Shown: positions 39,540 to 54,208, counted from the first letter of the stretch. The stretch is 64,000 nucleotides of DNA from Octopus vulgaris (GCA_951406725.2 OX597823.1:64914001-64978000), one strand, 5' to 3'. Notes: a model not told the origin generated them from the letters alone. Made by a program: numbers and translations.

Positions 39540-39700
39540 GTCAGATGACCCAATCTTCCAAGGCAGTCTTCTTATCCTCAACTTGATATCCAGTGTCCTC
39601 CATAGATCGATTAATGTATGCTCTTCTTGGTCTTTCATTACCTGTTTATCCATGCATGGATTTCTTGAGGAGTTCACTAGGGACTGGTAACCACTATAAG
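39540..39700 (-). mobile_element. RTE-clade LINE 3' remnant
   Basis: The - strand translates RPRRAYINRSMEDTGYQVEDKKTALEDWVI, resembling the RTE C-terminus GRPxxTYIDQLxEDTG...AMxDRxxW. Confidence 0.65.
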
Positions 39701-40652
39701 CTGTGGTGGAGGACAGTTCACAGGTGTGCTGAGGCTAACCAAAGGATTTTATATTGAGATATATCTGGGGTGCTCATGTGTACCCATGACTTTTGCTTCG
39801 TTTTTTTTCCCCATGGGTGCATATAAGTGTTTCATTTATTTCTATTCGTATTTTCTACTGACGAGGAAAAAATCTATTATGAGATTAATTCTGAAATTGA
39901 TTCAATATAGAAATAACGAACTTTTAAAAAAATTCTGTTGGCTAGCTTTCCTCGATTTCAGCACAACGTATTTCTGTAGTGGGTATATAATAATATGTGG
40001 AAATTGACGATTTAAAATTCTGTTATCAGCATATTGGCATAGAAATAATTTTCTTTTGCTCTTGTTTATAAGTTGTTTATAATTTTAACCTTTAAAGGTA
40101 TTTTAATATGCTACCACTTTTTTGATGGAATTTTTTTACTGCAAAAACCTTCATCCTGTACTAGTAGTATACACTTGCTTCTCCAACAGTGTCCTGCATA
40201 TATGTTCCTTTTTCTTTGATTACTGAGGTGATGGTAGGAAGAAGGCCATATTATCAAACTAGTGTTTATACAGTTAATGTAAAATGTGTTAAAAAGTTAA
40301 CTAGAATTTAAAAAAAGACAAATAGAAGGAAAATAGAAGAGAGAAATCTTTTTTGGTAGGAGAAATAGCACAAGAGATAACTGAATACATGTTTTGGTAT
40401 TATTGTGATCTTTTCAGTGAAGGATAACTTTCACTATACTTATTAAGTAATCATGAAAGAATCCTTATATATATATATATATGTACTAGATTGCATATTT
40501 TTGGGGCAGTAAATTGGAATAGTTCAGAAATTAAACATCTCCATTTTCTCCTCTTTGAGATAAATAATGCTTATGTTAGTGTTATCATATTGAATGCAAC
40601 AATCATTAAGAAGCAAACAAGAAAAATTACTAATATTATTTTTGCCTTAATT

Positions 40653-41075
40653 AAGGCAGTGAGCTGGCAGAATTGTTAGGACACTAGTCGAAATGCTTAG
40701 TGGTATTTCATCTGTCCCTACGTTCTGAGTTCGAATTCTGCCAAGGTCAACTTTGCCTTTCATCCTTTCGGGGTCGATTAAATAAGAACCAGTTATGCAC
40801 TGGGGTCGATATAATCGACTTAATCCGTTTGTCTGTCCTTGTTTGTCCTCTCTGTGTTTAGCCCCTTGTGGGTAGTAAAGAAATAGAAATGCTTAGTGGT
40901 ATTTTGTTTGTCACTACGTTATGAGTTCAACTTTGCCACTACGCCCCGAGGTCAACTTTGCCTTTCATCCTTTCAGGGGTCAATTAAATAAGTATCAGTT
41001 ACATACTAGGGTTGATGTAATTGACTCGATCCCTTCCCCCAAATCTGAAGTCTTGTACTTCCAATAAAAAGAATT
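40653..41075 (+). mobile_element. Nested family B SINEs (young copy inside old copy)
   Basis: 19-bp duplication gaaatgcttagtggtattt at 40690 and 40886. The two bodies have different 3' tails. Confidence 0.85.
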
Positions 41076-41631
41076 ATTTTTGTCTTAATTGCTAGCCTGA
41101 GTGATAACTCAGAACATATTTTACTCAGTTCCTGACCTCCTCAGCAAATCATATCCTTCTTCCACTGAGAGCCTCTAATGGCTATTTTGAGAAAGTTACT
41201 AGGTGATTTGCTGCGGTTTGTGGTTAGTTGTTCATAATGGTATCCCCAGTGTTGTTCCTGTTTAGTTGTCCAATATATATTTACTGTTCACAGTGTCTTT
41301 GATCACTTAGCTGTTGGCTTCACAGGATAGCATATATCATTTCACTGATGCAAGTATTACAACTGGCTGCCACTCACAAGTGAGGCGAGTATGATCTGGC
41401 AATATGGACTAAGCTTTTGTTAATTGTTTTAGATGTTTATGTTGTTGTGAACTGCTATAGATTCTCTCTTAAACTTTTCACCCTTGACCCAATAGAACAT
41501 CTATGATATGACAGCTGGAATGTGTGTGTGTGTGTATGAGAAAAAGGTGAGAGAGGGGGGAAGGAGAAAGAGAAAGAAGGAGAGTGGAAAGAGTGAGAGA
41601 GAGGGGGAGAGAGAAAGAGAAAGTGGGAGAG

Positions 41632-41666
<35 letters not shown>

Positions 41667-42226
41667 GTACAAGTACTCAACTGTTATTCATTACTATTGC
41701 TGAGAGTGGTCTATATTTGTGGTGGGGAGGGCAAGTGGGTGTTATGAATGTGGCCTGGGGGCCAAGGGGGCGACATCATGAAAAAGTTTGGGAACTACTA
41801 GATTAGAGCAATGCAAAATGAAGTGCCTTGCTCAAGGACACAACATGCTGTTTGGCACAAGAATTGAACTGGTGACCTTATGATCATGAGCCACAGACAC
41901 ATGTAATAACTAGGCCACATAGCTTCACAGTGAAAGTAATGGTAGTATTATAAAAGGGAGAGAGATAGAAAGAGCAAGAAAGTGTCATGGACAATGACTA
42001 AGAGAGAGAGAAAGACAGAAGAAAAGAGAGCTGCAGAAAGAAAAGCAGAAGGAGAAAGAGAGAGAGGGGGAGAGAGAGATTGAATAAGACAAAGAAACTA
42101 TAAAACAAATCCTTCATTTATGGCTGTAGTGAACATTATTATCTACTTTGTGTTAAATTTAGATATCGTCTGAAAACAAAAATAAATGAATGTGAATCTG
42201 TTGAAATGGTGTTCTTATTTTTGCAG

Positions 42227-42383
42227 ATGCCATTCAAGACCCAAGTGCCTTAGAATACAAGCATTTATGCCATCTCTTGATGACCGGTGTATATCCACTA
42301 GTTACTATAACTGACATCCAGGGAAGACAAAGTGCCAGAGGAATCAGAAAAAGGCGACTGTGGAATTCATTTTCTATTGACTG
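42227..42383 (+). CDS. CFAP65: CFAP65-like internal coding exon B (157 nt, phase 1-2)
   Basis: Acceptor ttcttatttttgcag|AT, donor TG|gtgaga. Encodes DAIQDPSALEYKHLCHLLMTGVYPLVTITDIQGRQSARGIRKRRLWNSFSID, matching the recalled CFAP65 motif LC...GVYP.L...D....SA.GI....LW..FS.D. Confidence 0.9.
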
Positions 42384-42455
42384 GTGAGAAAATAAATTTT
42401 AGTGTAAATTTTTATGTTTTCATAATTTTCTGTAGCTCCTCTATTTTTGATACAA

Positions 42456-42750
42456 TGTGCCAGTGGCACGTAAACAGCACCACCTGACTGTGGCCGTTGC
42501 CAGCGCCGCCCCGACTGGCCTCTGTGCCGGTGACACGTAAAAAGCCTCATCCGATCGTGGCTGTTGCCAGCCTTGCCTGGCATGTAAAAAGCACCCACTA
42601 CACTCACGGAGTGGTTGGCGTTAGGAAGGGCATCCAGCCGTAGAAACATTGCCTGTTCAGACTGGGCCTAGTGCAGCCTTCTGGCTTCCCAGACCCCAGT
42701 TGAACCGTCCAACCCATGCTAGCATGGAAAGCGGACGCTAAATGATGATG
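42456..42750 (+). mobile_element. Family D RTE-tailed repeat just downstream of exon B
   Basis: Tandem gtgcc(a/g)gtg(g/a)cacgtaaa units and tail ggaaagcggacgctaaatgatgatg. Confidence 0.85.
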
Positions 42751-43161
42751 AATCTGTAATGATAGAATGAATAGATTGTGCACCTCAATCTTTGTTGTTA
42801 TTTTTTTCTTTAGACTTAGCATATGTCTTGAATGAATAGTGGGCTTTTAATACTGTTTTCTGAGGCTTCTTTTTATTGTTTTTTTTTATTGTGGATATAT
42901 ATATGTAAGCTGTTTATAAGAGCTGCAGCCACACTACCTTTTTTTCTTTTTTTCTTCCCATTGTGCTGGTGTATATAATTTGTGTTTTAAAATACTTGAT
43001 CTTCATAGCTTAAAACTAATTGGCAGTTTTTGCATAAGTTTTAGGCTTTTATTCATAGTTTATCATGATACAGCACAGTTTTTTTTTTCGCTTACACAAC
43101 CTTTTCTTTTTATTTATATGTAATTTCCTTTGAAGTTACAGTTTTATTATTTTTGGAAGGG

Positions 43162-43250
<89 letters not shown>

Positions 43251-43258
43251 TGTGTATA

Positions 43259-43306
<48 letters not shown>

Positions 43307-43340
43307 TATACATACACACATATATGTGAGAATATATATA

Positions 43341-43385
<45 letters not shown>

Positions 43386-44194
43386 GAATATATATATATA
43401 TATATTCTTGTGTGAGATAAAGCTTTCTTATAATTGTTGTATACATCATCGTAATTTCTGCATATGTTTACATAATTTATTCGAACATCTCTCTTAAATG
43501 AACCTCAGATTTTATTTCCTGCAAATGCTTCTCTTAATTTGCTTTGTGTAACATAATCCTTACTCATAATGTTTGCATAACTTTGTTATAATTTATGTGT
43601 ACCTCAGTCTTTGTTTTTTTTTTTTTCTACAGATTTAGCATATATCTTTGAAGTTACCACCTACTTTCTGCCAAACATGTTATCTCTTAAATTTTATACA
43701 TTTATGATTCAGCTTATGGTTTCCTTGATTGATGTGTTGTGGGTATATATCTCATTTTTGGCTGCATTTTGTTTTACCTTTATATGAATCACAAATTGCA
43801 AATTCATTAAAAATTTATAGCAAATTTAAGAAAATACACAGAATGAATTTTTCTGTTAGATATAATATTTGTACTGAAGTTAGAAATAACCACAAAATCT
43901 TTAACAAAAGAACTAGAGATATCTACTGGATGGACGAGTCAAAATTATTGCTGAATCTCTGATTGTTAATCATGGAATTGTTTCTCAGATTTTGCTTCAA
44001 AGAGGAGATGTGGCACATGCACAATTTTCAAGTATCCTCAGAAATTGTGAGCTTCATGGAGTTGATAATCTTCTAGGGCTGGTACTACATTTTAAGCATT
44101 CTAAGCAATCACTTACAGTGCATAAACCTGGATTCATTGAAATGAATCTAGACAACTTAAACAAAATGTATGACTATGAACAGAGTTTGTTGCG

Positions 44195-44470
44195 TGTTCC
44201 TTCTCAATCCATGCCTGGCTCATAAGGGCCGGTTTTCCTGGTTTCCTTGGCGTATAGATTCCCCACCTGGATGGGACGCCGGTCCATCACTGCAAGAGTG
44301 AGAGAAAGTTGTGGTGAAAGAGTCAGCAGAAGTTCGCCATTACCTTCTGCTGGAGCTGCATAGAGTTTAGGTGTTTCACTCATAAACAAACACATCGCCC
44401 AGTCTGAGATTCAAACCTGTGATCACTTGACCGCGAGTCCACTGCTCTAACCACTAGGCCATGTGCTTCC
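44195..44470 (-). mobile_element. SINE family C
   Basis: Reverse-complement head ggaagcacatggcctagtggttagagcagtggactcgcgg. Confidence 0.8.
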
Positions 44471-44991
44471 ACAGAATAGAGATTGTACATTATATAAAGG
44501 AGAAAATGGCAGACATTGCAGAGCTGGAAGAGGGTGTATATTGTAGTTCTGGCCTAGGGTGCTGAGTATCATAGGCTGGCATGTGCCCTTTTCAAGTCTT
44601 TCTCAGTTGTTGGTCTGCAGGGAAAATGGTGAACAAGAAAATTCCTATTTGTTGTAATTCCAGAAAGAAAGAGTTGAATGAAGAGTTGTTTAGTACTAAA
44701 TGTGGCAGCTGATGCCTAATACAAGGGAAATGATTTTGAGAAATATATGCAATGAGTGGTATTAATTTCGCTAGTTCAAAGAAACATTAGTTCCTGTAGT
44801 AGTGGTAAATTAGACAGAATCTGTGGGGTTTTCTGTGACTGCAACCCGATGACGATTCAATGCTAGGCATCCAAACAAAAGACTGTTTAAAAATTGTGGA
44901 GTTAATAAGATATCATTGTTTAATTTTGTAGCTTTATCCTATTAGAATTTACATGAGTAAATGTCTAGTTACTATAAAGATATTACCATTG

Positions 44992-45585
<594 letters not shown>

Positions 45586-46979
45586 ATTTGTTCAGGTACC
45601 GTGTCAGAGTTTCTTGGCAATTACACATTTCATAAAATGTAGAAAATCTCCCCAGTAAATCTTGCAGGTTACTGCATTTAGATATGTCAGTGTATTCTAA
45701 TTGTCATTTGAATACACTGACATATATGTATTATTATCTCTGCTCCTACAAACCTTCATTCATGTGTTCAAGTGCTATGCTTCAAACAAACTTAACTACT
45801 GAACAAAATAAAAGATTCAGTCAAAGCTATTACTTGGTGAAACATGTTTGAATGTTATGTTGTAAGTGACTTTAATCTATAAAGAAAATTGGAGATCAAA
45901 TTGAAAATCAAATACGTTTGTGTGATGCCTGAAGCCATCTTAACTAAGGAATAAAGTCAGAGACATAATCAAAATCTTAAATGTAATGAAACAATTTCAA
46001 ATATTACGTTTTGAATACACTTAACTATGGAATGAAATTGAAGGCATAATTGAAATTATGAAACCAATGAAATACTTTTATAGAAATCTATAAATTTATG
46101 TACCAAAACAGACATAAGTATAGTCATAAAAGATAGCATGTCCATGGATCTTGTGAGTCATGAATAAAGTAGGAGGGAGGTGAAGTACAGGACTAAATTT
46201 TCCCAAATGTTTAACCTCATTCCCATACATTATCATTCAATTGCTACCATTTATGACATAGCTTCTCCTCACTGGGTTTGGTAAAACAAAACCAAGAATT
46301 TATTGAGGTCGTTTTGAATAACTACATATTTCTCCTACAAATCTGTCATCTTCAGTTGATTGTATAGTAAATTCTTATGCTTGATGGAACATGAAAACTT
46401 TACACAATGATATATGTTTCAAATATCGATGCCTCATATTTTCACAGCATCCTACAATTTTCAGAATATTATAATATTCTTGTTGGGAAATTTACATTTA
46501 CTTCTAAATATTGATAAATACAATAACAATTTAGGTTAGTTTTGTTTCTATAAACACATTATTTATTTGACTAGCTGGACCCGTGAAAAATTCCCGGAAA
46601 ACAAAAAATGTAAGCATCTATAAACAGTGTACTGGTGCCATGAGAAATGTTTGCATATTATGACCGTCTGTCTTTACTTTCTGAGTTCAAATTCTTCCAT
46701 GGTTGACTTTACCTTTCATCTTTTAGGGGTCGATAAATTAAGTACCAGTTGTGTACTGGGGTTGATCTAATCAACTGGCCCCCTCCTCACAAAAGTTTAA
46801 GGCCTGGAAAAGTATATTGTGACAATTACAGAATATAGAAAGTAATGTAACACCAATGACTAAATCCAACCAAAATATCTCAGTTACACAAACGCAAACA
46901 GAATTACAATTTAACTTACATGGTACATATTCAAAGAACCTTCTTGGTTTAGTGGTATGGACCGTTTTTCTAGTATTCT

Positions 46980-47293
46980 TTTATTCTTTTACTTGTTTCA
47001 GTCATTTGACGGTGACCATGCTGGAGCACTACCCTTTAGTCAAAGAAATTGACCCCTGGACTTATTCCTTGTAAGCCTGGTGCTTATTCTATCAGTCTCT
47101 TTCGCTCAACAGATGAATTACAGGGAGACAAGCGCACCAACATCGGTTGTTAAGCAATGGTGGTGGTGGTGGGACAAACACAGACACAAATATGCACACA
47201 GACACACACACATACATACATACATACATACATACATACATACATACATACATACATACATACATGCATGCATGCATGCATGCATGCATACAT

Positions 47294-47328
<35 letters not shown>

Positions 47329-47384
47329 TGCATGCATGCATGCATGCATGCCTGCATGCATGCATACATACATACATACATGCA

Positions 47385-47418
<34 letters not shown>

Positions 47419-47446
47419 CATCCTTGCATACATATATTTATATGAC
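46980..47446 (-). mobile_element. SINE family A (tail part) with (TACA)n/(CATG)n expansion
   Basis: Reverse-complement tail cttttacttgtttcagtc. Head truncated. Confidence 0.85.
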
Positions 47447-47505
47447 GGTCTTGGAGATAGTGGTGATGCTGGCAGTGCGATTATGACAACTCAATGATTG
47501 TCCTA

Positions 47506-47552
<47 letters not shown>

Positions 47553-47626
47553 ATATATAAATTCCTCTATTTTCATAATATTGAGGTCTCATTCTTTTGT
47601 TGTCATTTTATTATTATTAGTTAATA

Positions 47627-47674
<48 letters not shown>

Positions 47675-47760
47675 AGAATTTATGTAAAAGACAAAAGACG
47701 AAGATGGGTGTGTAAGCAACAAACACATGTATTAGTTCAATGCTTGGGAAGTAAGAAAGT

Positions 47761-47796
47761 CTTTTACATTTCTAGCCTACACTCTTCGACAGAAAG
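47761..47796 (-). other. Degenerate hammerhead-derived motif in a Penelope-like repeat
   Basis: The - strand reads CUUU-CUGUCGA-a-GAGUGUAGGCUA-GAAA-U-GUA-AAAG. Helix I CUUU/AAAG is retained. Confidence 0.45.
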
Positions 47797-49850
47797 GAAG
47801 GCAGAAATAAACAGAGAGAGAAAATATAAAAGTTTTAGTGACTAGTGATCTATCACCTGCAAGTGAGTATGACCTGGTTGCATGTATGGTGCATTTTAGT
47901 CACAAGCAGAGAGAGAGAGACACCCATTCGATTCTCCTGTTCCTTGACCCTGCAGAGCATTGAGGATGTGATAAATGGACAAAGAAAGGGATGCAATAAC
48001 ATTATACTGGATTTAGAATGAATCAAAGCATAACATGTAAAGTTGGCTATTTTACGTCATACAAACAATTGTCTTCAAGAGAGATTCATAAATTACACAC
48101 CTTATTGGAGTGCATGTGTATTTATTGTATTATTTCCAAGTCAGCTCTGATTGAGGAAGTATAGAATGAAAGGCATTTCATCCTTCATTCATGCACATCT
48201 AGTACCACACTAGATATACAAGGTGCTTGTGTGTGATCTGAAGGAATTTGGCTGCTATTTCAAGCAAGTTGGTCAATGGATAGGTTTTTATGTTAGTCCA
48301 ATATATTAAGGCAAAGTGATTGTGAAAGTCATATTCGAATTTTGAGTTGAAACACTTAGATTTTTCAGAAAATATTTCTGTGTCCTTAACAATAAAATGC
48401 TATAATTAGCTTTATAGTGAAATATTTTAGTATGCATTTTAATAGAATACAATAGTATAATTTTTAATTAAATACAGTATTGTGACTTTTAATGATGTAC
48501 TGTAATGTACATTTTAATGTACATTACAGTAGCGTAATATTTATAATGAAAGAGTATAATATATATTTTATTAAAATATGACAATATGATTTTTAATGAA
48601 GTACTTAATGTTATGTAGCTTTTAACGAAATAATGATGCCGCATTCAAGCGAATTGCTTAAGAACCATAATATTATGAAAAGTAATACAGTTTGAAATGA
48701 TGTAGTGTAGGTGGTGATTCAACCTACACTGGCTAACTATTGTTGTCATGACAACTGTAAATACCAAACTTTGGTCTGATAAGAAAGGGGGTTGAAGGTA
48801 GAGTAGTGTTTAGATATAGGTATACTGGGTTGTTGCCCTCTGGTCTCTCAGGGCTAAGGGCCCAGTTCTAAACTATATATGATGTGGCCTGCTGTCAATA
48901 AGTAAATATCACACTCCCGGTGTCTTGATTTACGCAGGGGTCCATAATGCTACTAAGTCAACCTTGGTTCATGTTCACTATTATTTAAACTTAAATTTAC
49001 AAAAATCAAATCAAAAGTGAAACTATATTAATAGCATTAGTAATTCTTGATTATTAAGAATTATTAATAATAGTAATAATATTAATATTTCTTGAGAGAT
49101 ATTTGAGTTTCTTGTTTATTCTTTTGATCTTCTCTTTAGTTATTAACTACTATCGTACTGTGTGACCCTGTCTTCAAGATAAGAGCTCTCGGCGAATGTA
49201 TTAGATCAAAGTAGGGTGGATTAGTCTAAGAAAGTTTTTAATTACATCTATTGGTGTTTAACTTCAAAATTCTTTCAAACGAAGATGTGGATGGTGTAAC
49301 TTATTCACTCTCTGTGGCTTTCACTCATCTTTAGAGAAGAATTTGTTGACTCTTTAGTAATGATACACACAGCGATAAACACTTTAGTATAATGTATTTA
49401 TTAAGACTGTATAGGTTGTATTATAAACTTCATATAACCTAGTAGCATTTCAGTCATATCTCATGAGAAAAACCGATATTTATGTTAGAAGTGAATATTT
49501 CAATGATATCTGTTGGTGAGCAAGTATTATCATTTTGGCCAAGAATATAGTTTAGTGAAATTTCATTTATCAGTTAAAACTAATTTACTTCACTTACACA
49601 CCTGATACACCTGGGAAAATGCATGAATATTGCAATATCCCATGTATCATGCTTAGAAATATTGATATTGATAATTTGTAGTGTTGCAGAGAAAAGCAAT
49701 ATTTTTCATAAAATTCTCAATGAAAACTATATCAGCTTGCTTATAAAATACACCTTTGTAAATTTTATGTACCTTTCCTTCATGATGCTGTGTAATATTT
49801 CTTATTATTTCTTTTATTTATTTATTTTTTTATTTATATATTTATTTAAG

Positions 49851-49919
49851 CTTCAATTCTTATTTGCACTCGGATCCATCTTACCGGGAACTCAACTACT
49901 CTGCAGAACACCAAAAAAC
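49851..49919 (+). CDS. CFAP65: CFAP65-like internal coding exon C (69 nt, phase 2-2)
   Basis: Acceptor tttatttaag|C, donor AC|gtaatt. Encodes (C)FNSYLHSDPSYRELNYSAEHQK(T), cf. recalled CFAP65 LNSYLERDPTPCELTY. Phases fit both neighbours. Confidence 0.88.
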
Positions 49920-50291
49920 GTAATTTACATTGTTTTTATCTTCTTTTCTTTCCCTCCCCGCATTCTCTGCCACCAATATTAATGGTTTTGTTGCTAGGCA
50001 ACTATGCTGCCGATTATTCCAAAGAGAAAATAAACTATCTGTCAAGTAGTGGTGGGTTGATATATTAACTTTTATATTTTGTGAATTGGTGAACAAAGGC
50101 GGCAGTGGTTGGCAATTTCCAGCTGGACAACCATTGGTTCATTTCTAACAGGAGAGAGAGTGATAAGTGTATATACAAATATTGTAAGACTACTTGTTGA
50201 AAATAAAAGAAACACTTGGTCATTTGGTTGTCATGAGGAATATATACACATATATACATTGACAAGCATTTACACATCTATCTATCTATCC

Positions 50292-50352
<61 letters not shown>

Positions 50353-50413
50353 CCAACCTACCCATGTACCTATCTATCTTTACACACACACAAAAATATA
50401 TATATTATATACA

Positions 50414-50460
<47 letters not shown>

Positions 50461-50504
50461 GTATGTATACATATATACATATATATATATATATGTACAT
50501 ATAT

Positions 50505-50905
50505 AGGTGCAGGAGTGGCTGTGTGGTAAGTAGCTTGTTTACCTACCACATAGTTCCGGGTTCAGTCCCACTGCGTGGCACCTTGGGCAAGTGTCTTCTA
50601 CTATAGCCTCGGGCCGACCAAAGCCTTGTGAGTGGATTTGGTAGACGGAAACTGAAAGAAGCCCGTCGTATATATGTATATATATATATATGTGTGTGTA
50701 TGTTTGTGTGTCTGTGTTTGTCCCCCTAGCATTACTTGACAACTGATGCTGGTGTGTTTATGTCGCCATCACTTAGCGGTTCGGCAAAAGAGACCAATAG
50801 AATAAGTACTGGGCTTACAAAGAATAAGTCCTGGGGTCGATTTGCTCGACTAAAGGCAGTGCTCTAGCATGGCCACAGTCAAATGACTGAAACAAGTAAA
50901 AGAGT
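50505..50905 (+). mobile_element. SINE family A, young full-length copy
   Basis: Near-consensus head and tail, CpGs retained. Confidence 0.9.
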
Positions 50906-51378
50906 ATATATATATATATACATATATATATATTTATATATAATCACACACAAAAACACACACAAACTCAGATATGTATAGAATGGGCTTCCACAGCTTC
51001 CCATCAAATTCCCCCATACAATATTGAACTGAAGACCCTGTGATACATTCTGATTTGACTGCTACTCCATCAGTTATGAAAACAAGAATTCCAGTTGATC
51101 CAGTCAATGGAACAGCCTTCTCATGAAATTAATGTGTAAGCGGCTGAATAATCCACAGACATACATGACCACAGGGAGATTAAGCATGACACAGAATGTG
51201 ACAAGGCTGGCCCTTTTGAATTACCGGTACATGTAATTTTTGCTAGGTAAGAGGAGCAATGTGAAATAAAGCGTCTTGTTCAAGGACACAAATCACTGCC
51301 AGATATTGAACTGATGACCTAATGATCATGGGCCAAGTACCATAGCTACTAAGCCAAGTGCCTTCACTAGATTCTGAT

Positions 51379-51607
51379 TAACCCTTTTGTTACTGTATTT
51401 CTTTTGAGATGCTCTGTGTTTCTTTCAATTGATTTTAGCTATAAGAAAGAATTTAGTAAAATAACTTAGTTATCATTAAGCTAGTGTCAGGAATATAAAT
51501 TGTGACTAAGGTTTGGTGGAAGATTTTGATTCAGAACTTTTGAAAACAAGACATTTGTACTGCAGAGCTAAAGGTGGTTTCAGTCGGGTTGGTATTGAAA
51601 GGGTTAA
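51379..51607 (-). mobile_element. TTAA piggyBac-like MITE
   Basis: ttaa-cccttttgttac...gtattgaaaggg-ttaa. Confidence 0.8.
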
Positions 51608-52187
51608 GAAAGGCAGTGGAGACAATCCTTGAATATGAATAAATTTAGTCTAATTCAAAAGAAATTATTGTGGAGAGTGTTTGATCTTGGGCAGTACAGT
51701 ACCAGTATATTTATCTTGCTTGCAATTGTAAACTCATTTTCTTCATTAATAAATTGAAATTGAAACATCAGCATTTTCCGAAAGTTAAACAAAAAAAGAA
51801 AAAAGTAAGGTAAAATGACAACTGCTTTCAATTGAAAATAAAATGAATTCACACACTTCAAATGTAAACAAACTATATTTATGTTACAAAAAATAACTGT
51901 AGCTATAAATCCACTAAATTCTATAAATTTCTAATTTCGTAGTTTTATTTTAAACAAAAATAATAAATTGCAGTTTCCAAGCCTCTGATATTCAAAATAT
52001 CAAAATGTGAAGCTTGTTTTAAAAAGCAGATATAATAATAAAGTCAGAAGGTTGTTTTAAAACATTGTCTTGCCTAATTGTTACTATTTATATGCATGTT
52101 GCATTACAAATAACTATAGTTGTCAATGACTGAAAGAAATTCAGTTACTATTACGCTATATTTACATGTATGTGGACACATACCTAA

Positions 52188-52354
52188 GGTGCAAGCATGG
52201 CTGCATGGTATGAAATTTGCTTCCCAACTACATGGTTTTATGTAGAGTCTTGGCCAAGTGTTTTCTGCTATAACTCTAGACGGACCAAAGCTTTGTGAGT
52301 GGATTTCAAAAATCAAAACTGAAAGAAGCATGTATATATATATATATATATATA

Positions 52355-52393
<39 letters not shown>

Positions 52394-52886
52394 TATATCT
52401 AGGGTGGGTAAAATTCCTGAGATCCATTGATGAGTTCTCTTCTCTGGTCTTTGTCCTTCATCATCACTGCCATATCCTGTATCTTCCAGAGACCAGTGTC
52501 TGTCCCTAGGGCATCAACATATGTTGTCCTTGGTCTCCTTTTTCTAGTGTGTCTGTGTGTTATGTATGTATGTATGTATGTATGTATGTATGTATGTATG
52601 TATGTATCTATCTATCTATCTGTCTATCTACCTCTGTGTGCATGGGTGTATGTGTGTGCATGCATGTATATGCATATGTTCTTGCGTTTGTGTTCATGTC
52701 CCACCACTACTTGACAACCAGTGTTGGTTTGTTTACATCCCTCTAACTTAGTGTTCAACAAAAGTGACAGATAGAATAAAAACTATACTAAGAAACAATA
52801 TAAGTACTTAGGTCGATTTAACTAAACCGTATATGGCAATGCTCCAGCATGGCCCCAGTCCAATGACTGAAGCAAGTAAAAGATAA
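52188..52886 (+). mobile_element. Old SINE family A with insertion in the internal microsatellite
   Basis: Head 52188-52330, tail 52690-52886, foreign sequence at about 52395-52545. Confidence 0.7.
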
Positions 52887-53155
52887 AAATGTTCATTTTA
52901 TATATCTGTTTATGAAATTCTACATTACACTTCAAGCCACATATTTTAATTTGACCTGAAAAGCTCTTAAGATTTGTGATATTTTAAGATCCAGTAATGT
53001 ACAAAGAACACAAAACAAAAAACAATTTATAAAAAAAAATAAACGAGCATTTCTAATTTTGGTTCGTAATCATTAATATTGATATTTCTGACCTTCATTA
53101 GTTTAAAGAATAGACAGAAATGCTGAAAAGGAAATTAATCAGAAAAAAAAACAAT

Positions 53156-53572
53156 AGGCGCAGGAGTGGCTGTGTGGTAAGTAGCTTGCTAACCAACCAC
53201 ATGGTTCCGGGTTCAGTCCCACTGCGTGGCATCTTGGGCAAGTGTCTTCTGCTATAGCCCCGGGCCGACCAATGCCTTGTGGGTGGATTTAGTAGACGGA
53301 AACCGAAAGAAGCCTGTCGTATATATGTGTATATATATAAGTGTGTGTGTATATGTTTGTGTGTCTGTGTTTGTACCCCTAGCATTGCTTGACAACCGAT
53401 GCTGGTGTGTTTACGTCCCCGTCACTTAGCAGTTCGGCAAAAGAGACCAATAAAATAAGTACTGGGCTTACAAAGTATAAGTCCCGAGGTCGATTTGCTC
53501 GACTAAAGGCGGTGCTCCAGCATGGCCGCAGTCAAATGACTGAAACAAGAAGAAGAGTAAAAGAGTAAAGAG
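53156..53572 (+). mobile_element. SINE family A, young full-length copy
   Basis: ggcgcaggagtggctgtgtggtaag...gactgaaacaagaagaagagtaaaagag. Confidence 0.9.
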
Positions 53573-53767
53573 AATATTAAAAAGAATATATGTTGATTCT
53601 TCAGTAGATGGATAGATGGATGGATGAATGAATGAATGAATGAATGGTTAGATGGGTTTGTGGATATTATTGGTGCAAAATATCAAGTTGATCAAATATG
53701 TTTTGCTTATATGAAGTTTACTAAGGGGTTTTTGATGTGTACATCTGATTTTACCTTGTATTCACAG

Positions 53768-53896
53768 AACGGACAAATTTCCAAAATTCGATACTGAAGC
53801 TGTTGTTGATTTCGACTTTGCTGCAGCTGCGATTGGAAGTCCCTCTTCGGATTTCACCATTAAGTTCCAGAATGATGGTATCATTCCAGCTGAATG
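53768..53896 (+). CDS. CFAP65: CFAP65-like internal coding exon D (129 nt, phase 2-2)
   Basis: Acceptor ccttgtattcacag|A, donor TG|gtaagt. Encodes TDKFPKFDTEAVVDFDFAAAAIGSPSSDFTIKFQNDGIIPAE(W), cf. recalled CFAP65 LDFNFGAAP...PSVV.L...N.GVVP..W. Confidence 0.9.
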
Positions 53897-54084
53897 GTAA
53901 GTCAAGTTCAAACACGGACATGCAACATAAGGCAAAAGAAGAAGCAGAAACTATTTGGCTTACTGACAGATAAGGATTATCTGTATCGAGACGTGTATAT
54001 ATAAAACTATGCATATACATGCAAGAACATATATATATATATATATATATAGACATATATATACATATATTATATATGTATATA

Positions 54085-54125
<41 letters not shown>

Positions 54126-54208
54126 ATGTATTCATGCACACGCATCATACATACACACATATATATGCATGCAAGTGTGTGTGTGTGCATGTCTCTGTTG
54201 TCCATGGG

